The notes under the pieces are model-generated. The model was not told where the DNA came from. It made no database searches and worked only from the letters and a program-made list of their open reading frames with translations. From Candidatus Multivoradales bacterium (GTDB lineage: Bacteria > Acidobacteriota > Thermoanaerobaculia > Multivoradales > JAHEKO01), in assembly GCA_965248055.1 (NCBI GenBank), contig CBDFIJ010000004.1:1504001-1568000 (forward strand): a stretch of 64,000 nucleotides of DNA. The letters run 5' to 3'. The translations under genes and the position numbers were made by a program. Positions 19,444 to 28,216 of the stretch are shown in pieces; the stretch's first letter is position 1; the number at the start of each line of letters is the position of its first letter.

Positions 19444-20154
19444 ATGACCCAGACGCTAAAGATTTCGATCCTTTCTCTCGTCCTTCTGACTGGCCTCGCC
19501 GGGAGCCTTGCGGCCCAACCGACGATCGCCGTCGCTGACTTCACCAATCAGGTTGGCAACCTTTACTGGTGGCGAGGCAGTGTCGGTTCAGATCTCGCCT
19601 CCATGGTGACCAATGAATTGGCGGCACTGGGCAGTTTTAAGGTCGTCGAGCGTTCGCGCGTCGATGCGGTACTTGATGAGCAAGATCTAGCTGCCGCCGG
19701 ACTCGTGGACCCCTCCACCGGAGCCCAAATTGGCCGTATGACCGGGGCTGACTACGTGGTCTTGGGCACGGTGTCCGCCTACGAGGAAACCTCGAAGAAG
19801 GGCGGCGGGCTGGGCTACAAAGGGATCCGGGTTGGCGGCAAGAAATCGGAGACCTACGTCGCGGTGGATTTGCGAGTTGTCGACACCACCAGTAGTGAGG
19901 TCTCCTACATTCGTACGGTCGAAGGCACCACCTCCTCGCGAGGACTCAGTGTTGGCGGTTATCGCTCTGGCTTGTCCGGTTCTTTGGCCACCGAGTCGAA
20001 TACTCCGGCGGGCAAGGCGATCCGAGCAGCAATCATTGAGATTACCGACTACCTTGAGTGCGCCATGGTGCTTCAGGATAGTTGCCTGAACGAGTACCAA
20101 GCCAAAGAGCGTAAGCGTCGCGACTCAGCCAAAGGCAAACTCAAACTCGACTGA
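19444..20154 (+). CDS. CsgG/HfaB family periplasmic or outer-membrane protein
   Basis: Signal peptide; IAVADF, FKVVERSRVDAVLDEQDL, GADYVVLGTVS, VAVDLRVVD. Confidence 0.8.
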   Translation: MTQTLKISILSLVLLTGLAGSLAAQPTIAVADFTNQVGNLYWWRGSVGSDLASMVTNELAALGSFKVVERSRVDAVLDEQDLAAAGLVDPSTGAQIGRMTGADYVVLGTVSAYEETSKKGGGLGYKGIRVGGKKSETYVAVDLRVVDTTSSEVSYIRTVEGTTSSRGLSVGGYRSGLSGSLATESNTPAGKAIRAAIIEITDYLECAMVLQDSCLNEYQAKERKRRDSAKGKLKLD

Positions 20155-20183
20155 CCGGAGCGAACCTCGCTGGGTGAGTTGAT

Positions 20184-20897
20184 GTGATTGTTGCCGAGAT
20201 AGGCGATCGCATCCGTGTCGTTACCCAAAATGACCACGCGGCGCTAGCCGCAGATCTTCTGGGTCTGTGGCGTTATGGAGGGATTGCAGACCATCCTCTG
20301 CGTCAAGAAGTCCTTTGGGCGACCCGCGAACACGACAACGGCTGGCGCGAATCAGACGCCTCGCCGCTACCCAGGACTGATTTTGGGATTGTGGATTTTC
20401 GTGGGATTCCCGACCCGCTGAGGCAAGAAATATGGCTGCGTGGAACGGCACGCTCCATCGAGCAGAATTCGTTGGCTGGCGCATTGATCGCCCAGCACAA
20501 CCTGGATCTCCACGCCGAGCAACGCAACGATCCCGGCTGGGGAGAGTTTTTCTCCGAGCTCGATGATTGGGTTCTAGAACTAGAACAAGACAACGAGCGC
20601 CTCGGCGAAATTCGCAACCTCTACCCTCATCTGCAACGAGCCGATAGTCTCTCTCTTGCCCTGTGCCAGAGCCAAGAGTTCATTTCCCTGCCCGGTGGAT
20701 ACACCGCTCAGAAAATGCTTGCCAGTGATTCAGAAACCGAAGTCTTTCGTGTCAACCCGTTCCCTTTTGCGGGAGCAACACGGTTCCGCGTCGCAGCGAG
20801 ATGGATGGAAAACCAATACTGGCAGTCGTCAACAGATCTGGTGTCGACGCTCACGCGGTGCCGCTGGAAAACCCAACAATTCCTACTGCAACCTTGA
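20184..20897 (+). CDS. DUF3891-like protein
   Basis: VTQNDHAALA, HDNGW and DSLSLALC motifs, recalled as typical of this family. Confidence 0.65.
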   Translation: MIVAEIGDRIRVVTQNDHAALAADLLGLWRYGGIADHPLRQEVLWATREHDNGWRESDASPLPRTDFGIVDFRGIPDPLRQEIWLRGTARSIEQNSLAGALIAQHNLDLHAEQRNDPGWGEFFSELDDWVLELEQDNERLGEIRNLYPHLQRADSLSLALCQSQEFISLPGGYTAQKMLASDSETEVFRVNPFPFAGATRFRVAARWMENQYWQSSTDLVSTLTRCRWKTQQFLLQP

Positions 20898-20922
20898 CCC
20901 AGGCTCATGCTAGCCTAGCCCG

Positions 20923-21471
20923 ATGTCCGACTTGCCCACACAAGAACTCATGCAAGTGATGATTCCGTCTCCGTTTGGCGCCCTAGGCGTTTCCTTTCGA
21001 GGCCAAACAGTGATCCAGTTGGAGATTGCTCCCAAGGGTGGACGGCACAAGATCTACACGCCATTTTCAGAATTCAGTCGCTCGGAATTTGTTGAAGACT
21101 CGGTTGGGGCGCTGTCTGAGTTTCTTGCCGGAGCGAGGCGCGAAGTCGGTCTTGATTTCTCGCTCGACGAGCAACCCTTGGATTCGTTTGCCCGTAGGGT
21201 CTTTCGTGAGGTCAGCAAGATTCGCTATGGAGACACCAAGACCTACCAACAGGTTGCCCGGCGAGCCGGTCGTGATGACGCCTACCGATTGGTACTTTCG
21301 ATCCTGGTGCAGAACCCAATTCCGCTACTGATCCCTTGTCACCGTGTGGTGACCAACAAAGGCGGCGCCGGCAGCTACGTGGGCGGCAGTCAGCGCAAAA
21401 GTTGGCTGCTCAAGATGGAACGAGCAGCGGTTGATTCTTTAGCGCTCACTCGGAACGCAGATCGATCTTAA
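20923..21471 (+). CDS. ogt: Methylated-DNA--protein-cysteine methyltransferase
   Basis: IPSPFG, YGDTKTY, NPIPLLIPCHRVV active site. Confidence 0.9.
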   Translation: MSDLPTQELMQVMIPSPFGALGVSFRGQTVIQLEIAPKGGRHKIYTPFSEFSRSEFVEDSVGALSEFLAGARREVGLDFSLDEQPLDSFARRVFREVSKIRYGDTKTYQQVARRAGRDDAYRLVLSILVQNPIPLLIPCHRVVTNKGGAGSYVGGSQRKSWLLKMERAAVDSLALTRNADRS

Positions 21472-22291
21472 GCACCAACTCTTCCGCTGATTCTGCTTCA
21501 AAGTCGATTTCCGCCTCCAGGTAGCCTGGCCGAACCGCGCTCAAGGTGTGAGCACCTGGGCTGACCAAAATACCGGCATGCAGTCGGGTTAGGTCAGCCA
21601 CCGTTCCCAAAAATCGACCATCTAGATAGACCGACGCGTCTTCAGGGGTCACCTCAACGCTCAAACGAGCTGACTCGTCTCGTGCGTCCAAAGCATCCTC
21701 CACTTGGGCCGTATTGCGAGAGGGCCGTGCCTCCTCCCTGACGCGTGGAATATCCCGAGGGCGCTCATCACGATCAGCAACGCGGTGCGCTGGGCGGGTG
21801 GGCTTGGGTTCCACCGCCTGGAAGAGTTCCGCTGCCGGCTGACTGTCCCCGGACTGCATCTCCAAGCGGATATCCGTGAGCGTTCCCTCACGTACTTCGA
21901 CTATTTTGGCGATCGTTAGATAACCCTCGTACTCCAGAACAATTTGGTGCTGTCCTTGGTCCAACCAAAGATAGCCGGGAAATCCGTCAAAGCGACCAGC
22001 GTTGCCAGCTAGCTCCCCATCAACATAGACCGCAGCCTTCTTGGGGCGAACTTTGAGATTGATTGCACCAACGTCACGAATTGACAACGCCGGACGCGGA
22101 TACGCCTGTCCACCGTAATAGCCGCCATAGGCCCACGGCCCCCAATACCCCCAAGAAAAGGGATAGACATGAAAACTCACATGGGACCGGCGATGTCCTC
22201 GGTAGTGTCTCGATCCTGCCTCCAAGGGAGCCAGTCCAAATATCAGTACCACCAGTCCAAGAATCCAAATAGTGTTGATCTTGTTTCGCAT
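21446..22291 (-). CDS. Secreted protein with two PEGA domains
   Basis: Signal peptide, Y/G/W-rich segment, two 'V.P..A.VY.DG' PEGA repeats; GGAGG Shine-Dalgarno before ATG 22291. Confidence 0.8.
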   Translation of the reverse strand: MRNKINTIWILGLVVLIFGLAPLEAGSRHYRGHRRSHVSFHVYPFSWGYWGPWAYGGYYGGQAYPRPALSIRDVGAINLKVRPKKAAVYVDGELAGNAGRFDGFPGYLWLDQGQHQIVLEYEGYLTIAKIVEVREGTLTDIRLEMQSGDSQPAAELFQAVEPKPTRPAHRVADRDERPRDIPRVREEARPSRNTAQVEDALDARDESARLSVEVTPEDASVYLDGRFLGTVADLTRLHAGILVSPGAHTLSAVRPGYLEAEIDFEAESAEELVLKIDLRSE

Positions 22292-22315
22292 GGTCAACCT
22301 CCAGAAGCCTGAGAT

Positions 22316-22331
22316 TGCAAACCCTAGGCCA
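22316..22331 (-). promoter_or_regulatory. Putative sigma54 (-24/-12) promoter of the PEGA gene
   Basis: Minus strand TGGCCTAGGGTTTGCA = GG-N10-GC, about 25 nt upstream of the start. Confidence 0.5.
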
Positions 22332-22381
22332 GGGACAACAGCCGAACCAAGCCATCGTTCAAAGACAGCCTCTGTGCCGAG

Positions 22382-22413
22382 AAAAGGCTGAATCTAGTTG
22401 GATTCTCTCAGCC
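22382..22413 (-). terminator. Possible intrinsic terminator after the GHMP kinase gene
   Basis: Minus strand GGCTG..AATC..GATT.CAGCC stem followed by TTTTCT. Confidence 0.35.
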
Positions 22414-22469
22414 GGGGACCGGATCGTGATCGAGTTAGATACCGCTACAGGATCGGGACGCTTATGACC

Positions 22470-23459
22470 TCATTCTGAGACGATCTCAATCCCGTCTTCT
22501 TGGGGCGCAGCTTCAAGATGTTGTCCGCCAAGCTCCACCAAAGCTTCGACAATCGCTGAACGCCGCTGTTCAGGAGCCAGGAAAAAGACACACCCGCCTC
22601 CGCCAGCACCACCTGCTTTACCGCCATAGGCACCCAAGTCGCCAGCTTTGGCAATCAACTGATCCAAGAGCGGTGTCGTGACCCCTTCGGCCAAGGTTTT
22701 TCGCTGCTCCCATTCTTCGCCGACCAGAGAACCGACGGTGGCAAAATCCCCGGTCTCCAGCGGTTCGACGATTTCCTCGGCAATCTCGGCGATCCGCTGA
22801 AATCTCTCCACCGTCTCTTGGTCACCCTCCATCCGGCGACGGAACACCCCCCAGTTAGTTTCGGCGGAAATATGACTTTGGCCACTAAAGAAAACCAGCA
22901 GGCGACGCCCCAGGGCCTCCAGGTCGACGTTTAGGGTCTGTACCGCCTCACCGCCCAGGTCGTGGCTGATGCGCAGGGCACCGCCCAGCATCGGCGGGTA
23001 GTGGTCCTGACATCCAGTCGGCAACCCCATCAATCGAGCCTCAGCGTCGCGCGCCAAGGCGACGATCCGCGAAGCCGTACGCTCGCGTCCAAATAAATGA
23101 TCCACCGCAGCGATAGTGGCGACAGACAATGCCGAGCTAGCGCCCAGTCCCGCTCCGCGTGGCGATTGTGAACGCGCAGCCAAGCGTAGCGGTGGAGCTT
23201 TCAGCTCGGACAGCAGCAAAGTGAAAAGACGGATTTCCGCAATCTCCGAGAGCTGCTCCAGATCCGAGCGCACCAAGCGCTGTTCTCCAATCTGGATCTC
23301 GTAGCCCGCTGAGCGCAACTCTGCCTCAACCTCGACTGCGACATCAATGGCTAAGTTGACCGTGGAGGCGCCAGGATGGAGAGCACCGATTGGCCATACG
23401 TCCAAAGTACCGCCGGCCAAGTCAAGCCGACAGCCGGTTCTCACCACCACACGCCGCAT
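22470..23459 (-). CDS. GHMP sugar kinase (HddA-like heptose-7-phosphate kinase)
   Basis: RLDLAGGTLD, PRGAGLGASS, GCQDHY, GGKAGGAGGGG. Confidence 0.8.
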   Translation of the reverse strand: MRRVVVRTGCRLDLAGGTLDVWPIGALHPGASTVNLAIDVAVEVEAELRSAGYEIQIGEQRLVRSDLEQLSEIAEIRLFTLLLSELKAPPLRLAARSQSPRGAGLGASSALSVATIAAVDHLFGRERTASRIVALARDAEARLMGLPTGCQDHYPPMLGGALRISHDLGGEAVQTLNVDLEALGRRLLVFFSGQSHISAETNWGVFRRRMEGDQETVERFQRIAEIAEEIVEPLETGDFATVGSLVGEEWEQRKTLAEGVTTPLLDQLIAKAGDLGAYGGKAGGAGGGGCVFFLAPEQRRSAIVEALVELGGQHLEAAPQEDGIEIVSE

Positions 23460-23466
23460 TTTTGAA

Positions 23467-24765
23467 CTAACTCGCCGGCTCGCTGGAACTAGTGGGAGTC
23501 ATTAAAGCGGCAAGCTGGCTGTCCACCTGGCCACTCGACAGCGCACGGTCGATCACTTTTCGCCAAACCAGAAACTGATCGTGCTCTGCGAGTGGAATCG
23601 GATCAGCTGGGACGTTATTGAGAGACAATGGATTTATCCACCGACCGTTGTACTCCACTCGATAATCCAGGTGTGGCCCGGTCGCGAGTCCACTGGAGCC
23701 TACGTAGCCAATGGTTTGGCCTTGCGCGACGCGTGCCCCCCGACGAACTCCTTTGCCGTAACCCGACAAGTGGAGATAAGCGGTTTGGTAGCCACTGGTA
23801 TGGCGAACTTTGACCATCCGGCCAGCGCCACCGTTCCGGCCAGCAGAGACCACGGTGCCATTGGCCGTAACCCGAACCGCAGTTCCTCTTGGAGCGCCGT
23901 AGTCGACTCCGTAGTGGGGTCGATTGCGCTTAAGCACCGGATGAAAGCGACGCCTGGAGAAGCGCGAAGTGATACGCGAGTATTGCATCGGCGAACGAAG
24001 AAACATCTTTTGTAGTGGTCGGCCTTCTTGGTCGTAGTAGCCGGATTCGTCACCGTAACGATAACCCCGTAGCTCTCGATTACCGCCCCGATACACCGCC
24101 GCAACCACATCGCCGAGACCTCGATACTCTCCATCTAGGTAGACGCGCTCAAAAACCACTTCAAACTCGTCTCCCACTCGAAGATCTCGCGAAAAATCTA
24201 GGTCCCACTGAAAGACATCGGCCATTTTGTAAGCCAACATGCCCTCCGCTCCAGCGTCGCGCACATCTTGCTCCAGCGAACTGTCCAGGTGTCCCTGGAT
24301 AGCCACCAGTTCTGTCAAACGCTCGAACTCACGGTAGGACTCAGACCAACCGTCATGGCTGCGAATCATCGCCAACTCACCGCGACCATCAACCCCAAGG
24401 TCGAATCGAGCTAACTGCCCGTTGGCGAAATGAGGTCGATAAGTATTTCCGGGACGAAGTTTGCGAAGATCGACTCTTGAGGAGGCCAATCCGACCAGCT
24501 GTCGGCGATCTGCGTCGTTAAGGCCCAGCGATTCAAAGACTTCTCCCAGCGTCTGCCCCTCTTGGATACGGTAAGGCACCAAAGTAGTCGAGGTAAGGAG
24601 CCCCGACGGAACTGCATCATCTGGGTGGGCGGCCAATCCATTGCTATAACGAGTCGCCAGATTGGTCTGAAATGCCGGGGGCGAGAACTCCGTAAGGTTC
24701 AGCCACAGCCCACCAGCAACGGCTGCTCCGTAGATTACAAACAGAACTTTCTTAGGGTGCTGCAT
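23467..24765 (-). CDS. M23 family peptidoglycan DD-endopeptidase (MepM/Csd3-like)
   Basis: N-terminal anchor, LysM-like segment, FQWDLDF, RFHPVLK..RPHYGVDY, YLHL, TGPHLDY. Confidence 0.9.
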   Translation of the reverse strand: MQHPKKVLFVIYGAAVAGGLWLNLTEFSPPAFQTNLATRYSNGLAAHPDDAVPSGLLTSTTLVPYRIQEGQTLGEVFESLGLNDADRRQLVGLASSRVDLRKLRPGNTYRPHFANGQLARFDLGVDGRGELAMIRSHDGWSESYREFERLTELVAIQGHLDSSLEQDVRDAGAEGMLAYKMADVFQWDLDFSRDLRVGDEFEVVFERVYLDGEYRGLGDVVAAVYRGGNRELRGYRYGDESGYYDQEGRPLQKMFLRSPMQYSRITSRFSRRRFHPVLKRNRPHYGVDYGAPRGTAVRVTANGTVVSAGRNGGAGRMVKVRHTSGYQTAYLHLSGYGKGVRRGARVAQGQTIGYVGSSGLATGPHLDYRVEYNGRWINPLSLNNVPADPIPLAEHDQFLVWRKVIDRALSSGQVDSQLAALMTPTSSSEPAS

Positions 24766-24813
24766 CCACTCATTGCTCCAAACCAGCCTACAGTCGGGTA
24801 CTATCCGATCGTT

Positions 24814-25278
24814 CTAGTCAAGGGTGTGGGCGATAAGCCCACTGGAATCGAGCTGCAGCTTACCGCGAAAAACCACTTCACCGTCACGGTAAATCAATAA
24901 TCCAGGAAGGGAAGTCATGGTGTGTTGCTTGGAAAACGAACCGTCTTCATCAAGATAGGTATCCGCATTGAGACTGTCCCCGACAAAATCTTGCGCCGTT
25001 TCCTGGTCCTCCTGGAAATTGACGGTGATCACTCGTGCCCGGTCTCCCCATTCTTCGACGATGGCGTTGGTTCGCTCGGCAATATCCCGACAGCGAGGCG
25101 ACCAACCGGCCCAAAACACAACAATCACCGCCCCACTCTCCAAGTCTCCGGGCTCCAAAGCGCGGCCGCCGTTGAGCGCCTCAAGGCGGAACGAATCTCC
25201 GTCCGCTGCGGTCGCGGGAAGCGCCACCAACAAACCCAGAACTAGGGTCATGACCAACAAACTTACTGATAATTTCAT
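24814..25278 (-). CDS. Exported TlpA-like thioredoxin-fold protein with SxxC site
   Basis: Signal peptide; FWAGWSPRC where FWAxWCxxC is usual; cis-Pro motif SLP. Confidence 0.75.
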   Translation of the reverse strand: MKLSVSLLVMTLVLGLLVALPATAADGDSFRLEALNGGRALEPGDLESGAVIVVFWAGWSPRCRDIAERTNAIVEEWGDRARVITVNFQEDQETAQDFVGDSLNADTYLDEDGSFSKQHTMTSLPGLLIYRDGEVVFRGKLQLDSSGLIAHTLD

Positions 25279-25288
25279 CTCAATACCC

Positions 25289-25540
25289 TCAGCGTTCCAG
25301 GACGCTTAGGATCCGGTCTCGTAGAGCGTTCGGTGCAGAATTGCGGCGAAGTCGCAAAGTCACCGAAGTCAAAAGCCGGGTGGTGTAGCCGACTCGACGC
25401 CAGCATTCTGGACAACGTTCTGCATGGCGATAAAACGACAGCATGGTCGCTCGATCTAGCTCGTTGTCATAGTAGAGAAAGACCATCTCTCGGATCTTTT
25501 CGCAGTCAATGTGGTCTTCGCACTCGGACTTGGTTTTCAT
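25289..25540 (-). CDS. Zinc-binding anti-sigma factor (zf-HC2, RsrA/RshA-like)
   Basis: DC...YYDNEL, HAERCPEC (HxxxCxxC), APNALRDRI; directly downstream of the ECF sigma. Confidence 0.85.
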   Translation of the reverse strand: MKTKSECEDHIDCEKIREMVFLYYDNELDRATMLSFYRHAERCPECWRRVGYTTRLLTSVTLRLRRNSAPNALRDRILSVLER

Positions 25541-25578
25541 CAGATCCTCTGTTTGGCTAACCCAGGCGTGGCCCGTAG

Positions 25579-26229
25579 TTATTCCAACTCCTTGGTTCTC
25601 TGCTTGCTCGGTCCATCCTCACGCAAATAACCCCGGCGGCGAGCGTATTCGAGCATCGCCGCTTCAAGCAGCTTGCGGCCCCGATACAGACGGCTCATTA
25701 CGGTACCCAAGGGAATATCCAAAATCTCCGCAATTTCCTTGTAGGAAAAATGTTCCAGGTCAGCCAAAATGACCGTCATTCGATAGTCCTCCGGCAGATT
25801 ATTCAGAGCCGTGACCACTCCTTCGTCGACCACTTTTTCGAGGAATTCGGCCTCTGGGTCGCGAATCGCTTCTCCCCAGGGTGAGGTCATGCGGCTCTCC
25901 AGGGACTCCTCGATCTCGCCAAAATCACTTTCAATCGGGCGCGACTGCGTTTTTCGATAGTTGTTGATGAAGGTGTTCTTCATGATCCGAAACAACCAAG
26001 CTTTGAGATTGGTGCCTTCCTCAAACTTGTCGTAGTGCCGGTATGCCTTAAAAAAAGTCTCTTGAACCAAATCCTCAGCATCGTGGGGATTTCTGGTCAT
26101 GCGTACCGCTGTGTTGTACAGAGCGTCCAGGTACGGCATGGTCGCCGATTCAAAATCCCAAGCCGTGATGGCGGTCGGCTCTGGATGTGCTTTTGGTTGT
26201 GCCACGGACGAACTTCCCATCCCACTCAA
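25579..26229 (-). CDS. ECF sigma factor, SigR/SigH-like
   Basis: [57 protein letters not shown]. Start uncertain (26229, 26220 or 26205). Confidence 0.92.
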   Translation of the reverse strand: MSGMGSSSVAQPKAHPEPTAITAWDFESATMPYLDALYNTAVRMTRNPHDAEDLVQETFFKAYRHYDKFEEGTNLKAWLFRIMKNTFINNYRKTQSRPIESDFGEIEESLESRMTSPWGEAIRDPEAEFLEKVVDEGVVTALNNLPEDYRMTVILADLEHFSYKEIAEILDIPLGTVMSRLYRGRKLLEAAMLEYARRRGYLREDGPSKQRTKELE

Positions 26230-26279
26230 ATACGCAGGATTGGTGCCATTCTAATTGCTAGCTGGGCGACTCTGCAGGT

Positions 26280-26750
26280 CTAATCGGTTACGAGAGGTGG
26301 ATCATGAAATGAAGCACGCTTCCATTCACCGTCAACACACAACCAAGTGTGTGTAAAACGCAGAGTACGAGAGAACGCCTCTCCTTCACGGATTCCGGCA
26401 GCGAAATTCGACCCCGTGATCACCGCAACGTCATCGTAGATCTGAAAGCGCACGTCAGAGTTCTGGTACTCATCATAGCGGACCGTCCTTGATTCAATTC
26501 GTTTCCGTTCCGTTTGGATCCAAGACAGCCAATCACCCTTGCTCAAGACCAAGCCACTACCGTTGGTGTGAATATAGTCCTCGCTCAGCATTGAACCCAA
26601 CTTATCTTTGTCAGCTTGTAAGAATGCGTCCCCAAACTCCTCCAATCGAAGTACCAGAGAAGGAGTGCAGTCAGCAAGCTCAACCTTTCGATCGCATGCG
26701 CCAATAACCAACAATGCCACACAACCAAAAGTCGACTTCAATATGGACAT
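26280..26750 (-). CDS. NTF2/SnoaL-like (DUF4440) lipoprotein
   Basis: VIGAC lipobox; LSEDYIHTNGSG, YDDVAVITG, RFTHTW, GEWK. Lower GC than neighbours. Confidence 0.75.
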   Translation of the reverse strand: MSILKSTFGCVALLVIGACDRKVELADCTPSLVLRLEEFGDAFLQADKDKLGSMLSEDYIHTNGSGLVLSKGDWLSWIQTERKRIESRTVRYDEYQNSDVRFQIYDDVAVITGSNFAAGIREGEAFSRTLRFTHTWLCVDGEWKRASFHDPPLVTD

Positions 26751-26768
26751 AAGAGCGTGGCAAGTGAA

Positions 26769-28211
26769 TCAGTACGCGATAAGACTATCGGCAGCCCAAC
26801 GAATCGCCCACTCCGGCATCAAGCCGAGGAGTAGGATTCCTGCGGTACATAGGCTGACAGCGGCCCACAACCATGGGGAGGACAGCGGTTCTGGAGTCGC
26901 CTCGTCCGCGTCGTGCAGATACATGCGCACCACCAAGCCGAAGTAGTAGAACAACGACAATACGCTGGTTAACGCCCCGACCACAGCCAACCAGGCATAG
27001 CCTGACTCGACGGCGGCGCCAAACAAGTAGAGCTTGCCGACAAAGCCACCGGTGGGGGGGATGCCGGTCAACGACAACAGCAGGACCAGCAGCATCGCAG
27101 CCATTCCCGGCGATCTCGCCGCGAGACCCTTGTAGTCGTCATAGGTCTCGCCAGCGTAACCGCCTCGCTCTAAGGCGATGACCACGGCAAAAACTCCGGC
27201 CGTCATCAAGGTGTAAGCGAGCAGATAAAACAGCGACGCCCACAGCCCAGTGCGGCTGGCGGCAACCACGCCGATCAAAATGTACCCAGCATGGGCCACC
27301 GAACTGTAGGCCAGCATGCGCTTGACGTTGTCTTGGGTTAGGGCGGCCAGGTTGCCCCAGATCATGGTTAGGGCGGCGATTGCTGCGATCACCACCTGCC
27401 AGTCCAGAGAAACCGGCAGCGCTTGGTAGAACACCCGCAACAGGAAGGCAAAAGATGCCACTTTGGACCCGGTGGCGAGAAATGCCGTCACCGGGGTCGG
27501 CGCCCCTTCATAGACGTCGGGAGTCCAGACATGAAATGGCGCCGCAGCGACCTTGAACAACAAGCCAACGGCGAGCATCAACCAGCCTGCTGTAACCATC
27601 GGCGATGACACGCCAGTGGACAGGGCAGACCCCATTTCATCGAGGCGCAAGGTTCCGGTCGCACCGTAGAGCAGCGAAACTCCATAGAGCAGGATGCCGC
27701 TCGAAAGGGCGCCGAGGATGAAGTACTTGAGTGCAGCTTCCACCGATTTTCGCTGGTCGCGGAAGTATCCAGCCAACACGTAGCTCGCGAGCGCCATCAA
27801 CTCAAGGGAAATCCACATCGAGAGCAGATGGAAACCACTGGGAATCAACATCATCCCCACTGTGGCGAGCAGCTGCAGGGCAAAGAACTCGGTTGCTCGC
27901 ACCCGATGACCCTGGAGAAAGGGAACCGCCAGGATCACCGACAAAATAGAGGCCCCAATCAACACCAAGCGCCAAAAGAAGCCGAAGCCATCTGCAACAA
28001 ACAGCCCCGCCAAGATGACACCCTGATTTCCGCCGCAACCCAGAACCACCAACACCCCAGTAATCAGCAGGGCGACGATGCTGACGACACCCGCGGTCTT
28101 GGCCGAGAGTTCGCGGCGCCCCACAACCCCTCCCAGCAACAAGCCCAACGCGAGCGTCGCCAGGAAGACCTCAGGCGTCAGATAGAGAAACTCTGAGAAC
28201 GGGAACGGCAT
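26769..28211 (-). CDS. nuoN: NADH-quinone oxidoreductase subunit N
   Basis: EAALKYFILG, FKVAAAPFHVWTPDVYEGAP, KRMLAYSSVAHAGY. Confidence 0.95.
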   Translation of the reverse strand: MPFPFSEFLYLTPEVFLATLALGLLLGGVVGRRELSAKTAGVVSIVALLITGVLVVLGCGGNQGVILAGLFVADGFGFFWRLVLIGASILSVILAVPFLQGHRVRATEFFALQLLATVGMMLIPSGFHLLSMWISLELMALASYVLAGYFRDQRKSVEAALKYFILGALSSGILLYGVSLLYGATGTLRLDEMGSALSTGVSSPMVTAGWLMLAVGLLFKVAAAPFHVWTPDVYEGAPTPVTAFLATGSKVASFAFLLRVFYQALPVSLDWQVVIAAIAALTMIWGNLAALTQDNVKRMLAYSSVAHAGYILIGVVAASRTGLWASLFYLLAYTLMTAGVFAVVIALERGGYAGETYDDYKGLAARSPGMAAMLLVLLLSLTGIPPTGGFVGKLYLFGAAVESGYAWLAVVGALTSVLSLFYYFGLVVRMYLHDADEATPEPLSSPWLWAAVSLCTAGILLLGLMPEWAIRWAADSLIAY

Positions 28212-28216
28212 CTACC

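Noticed and set aside
25090-25120. Possible selenocysteine (UxxC) in the thioredoxin-like protein
   Set aside because: The codon is TCG (Ser), not TGA.
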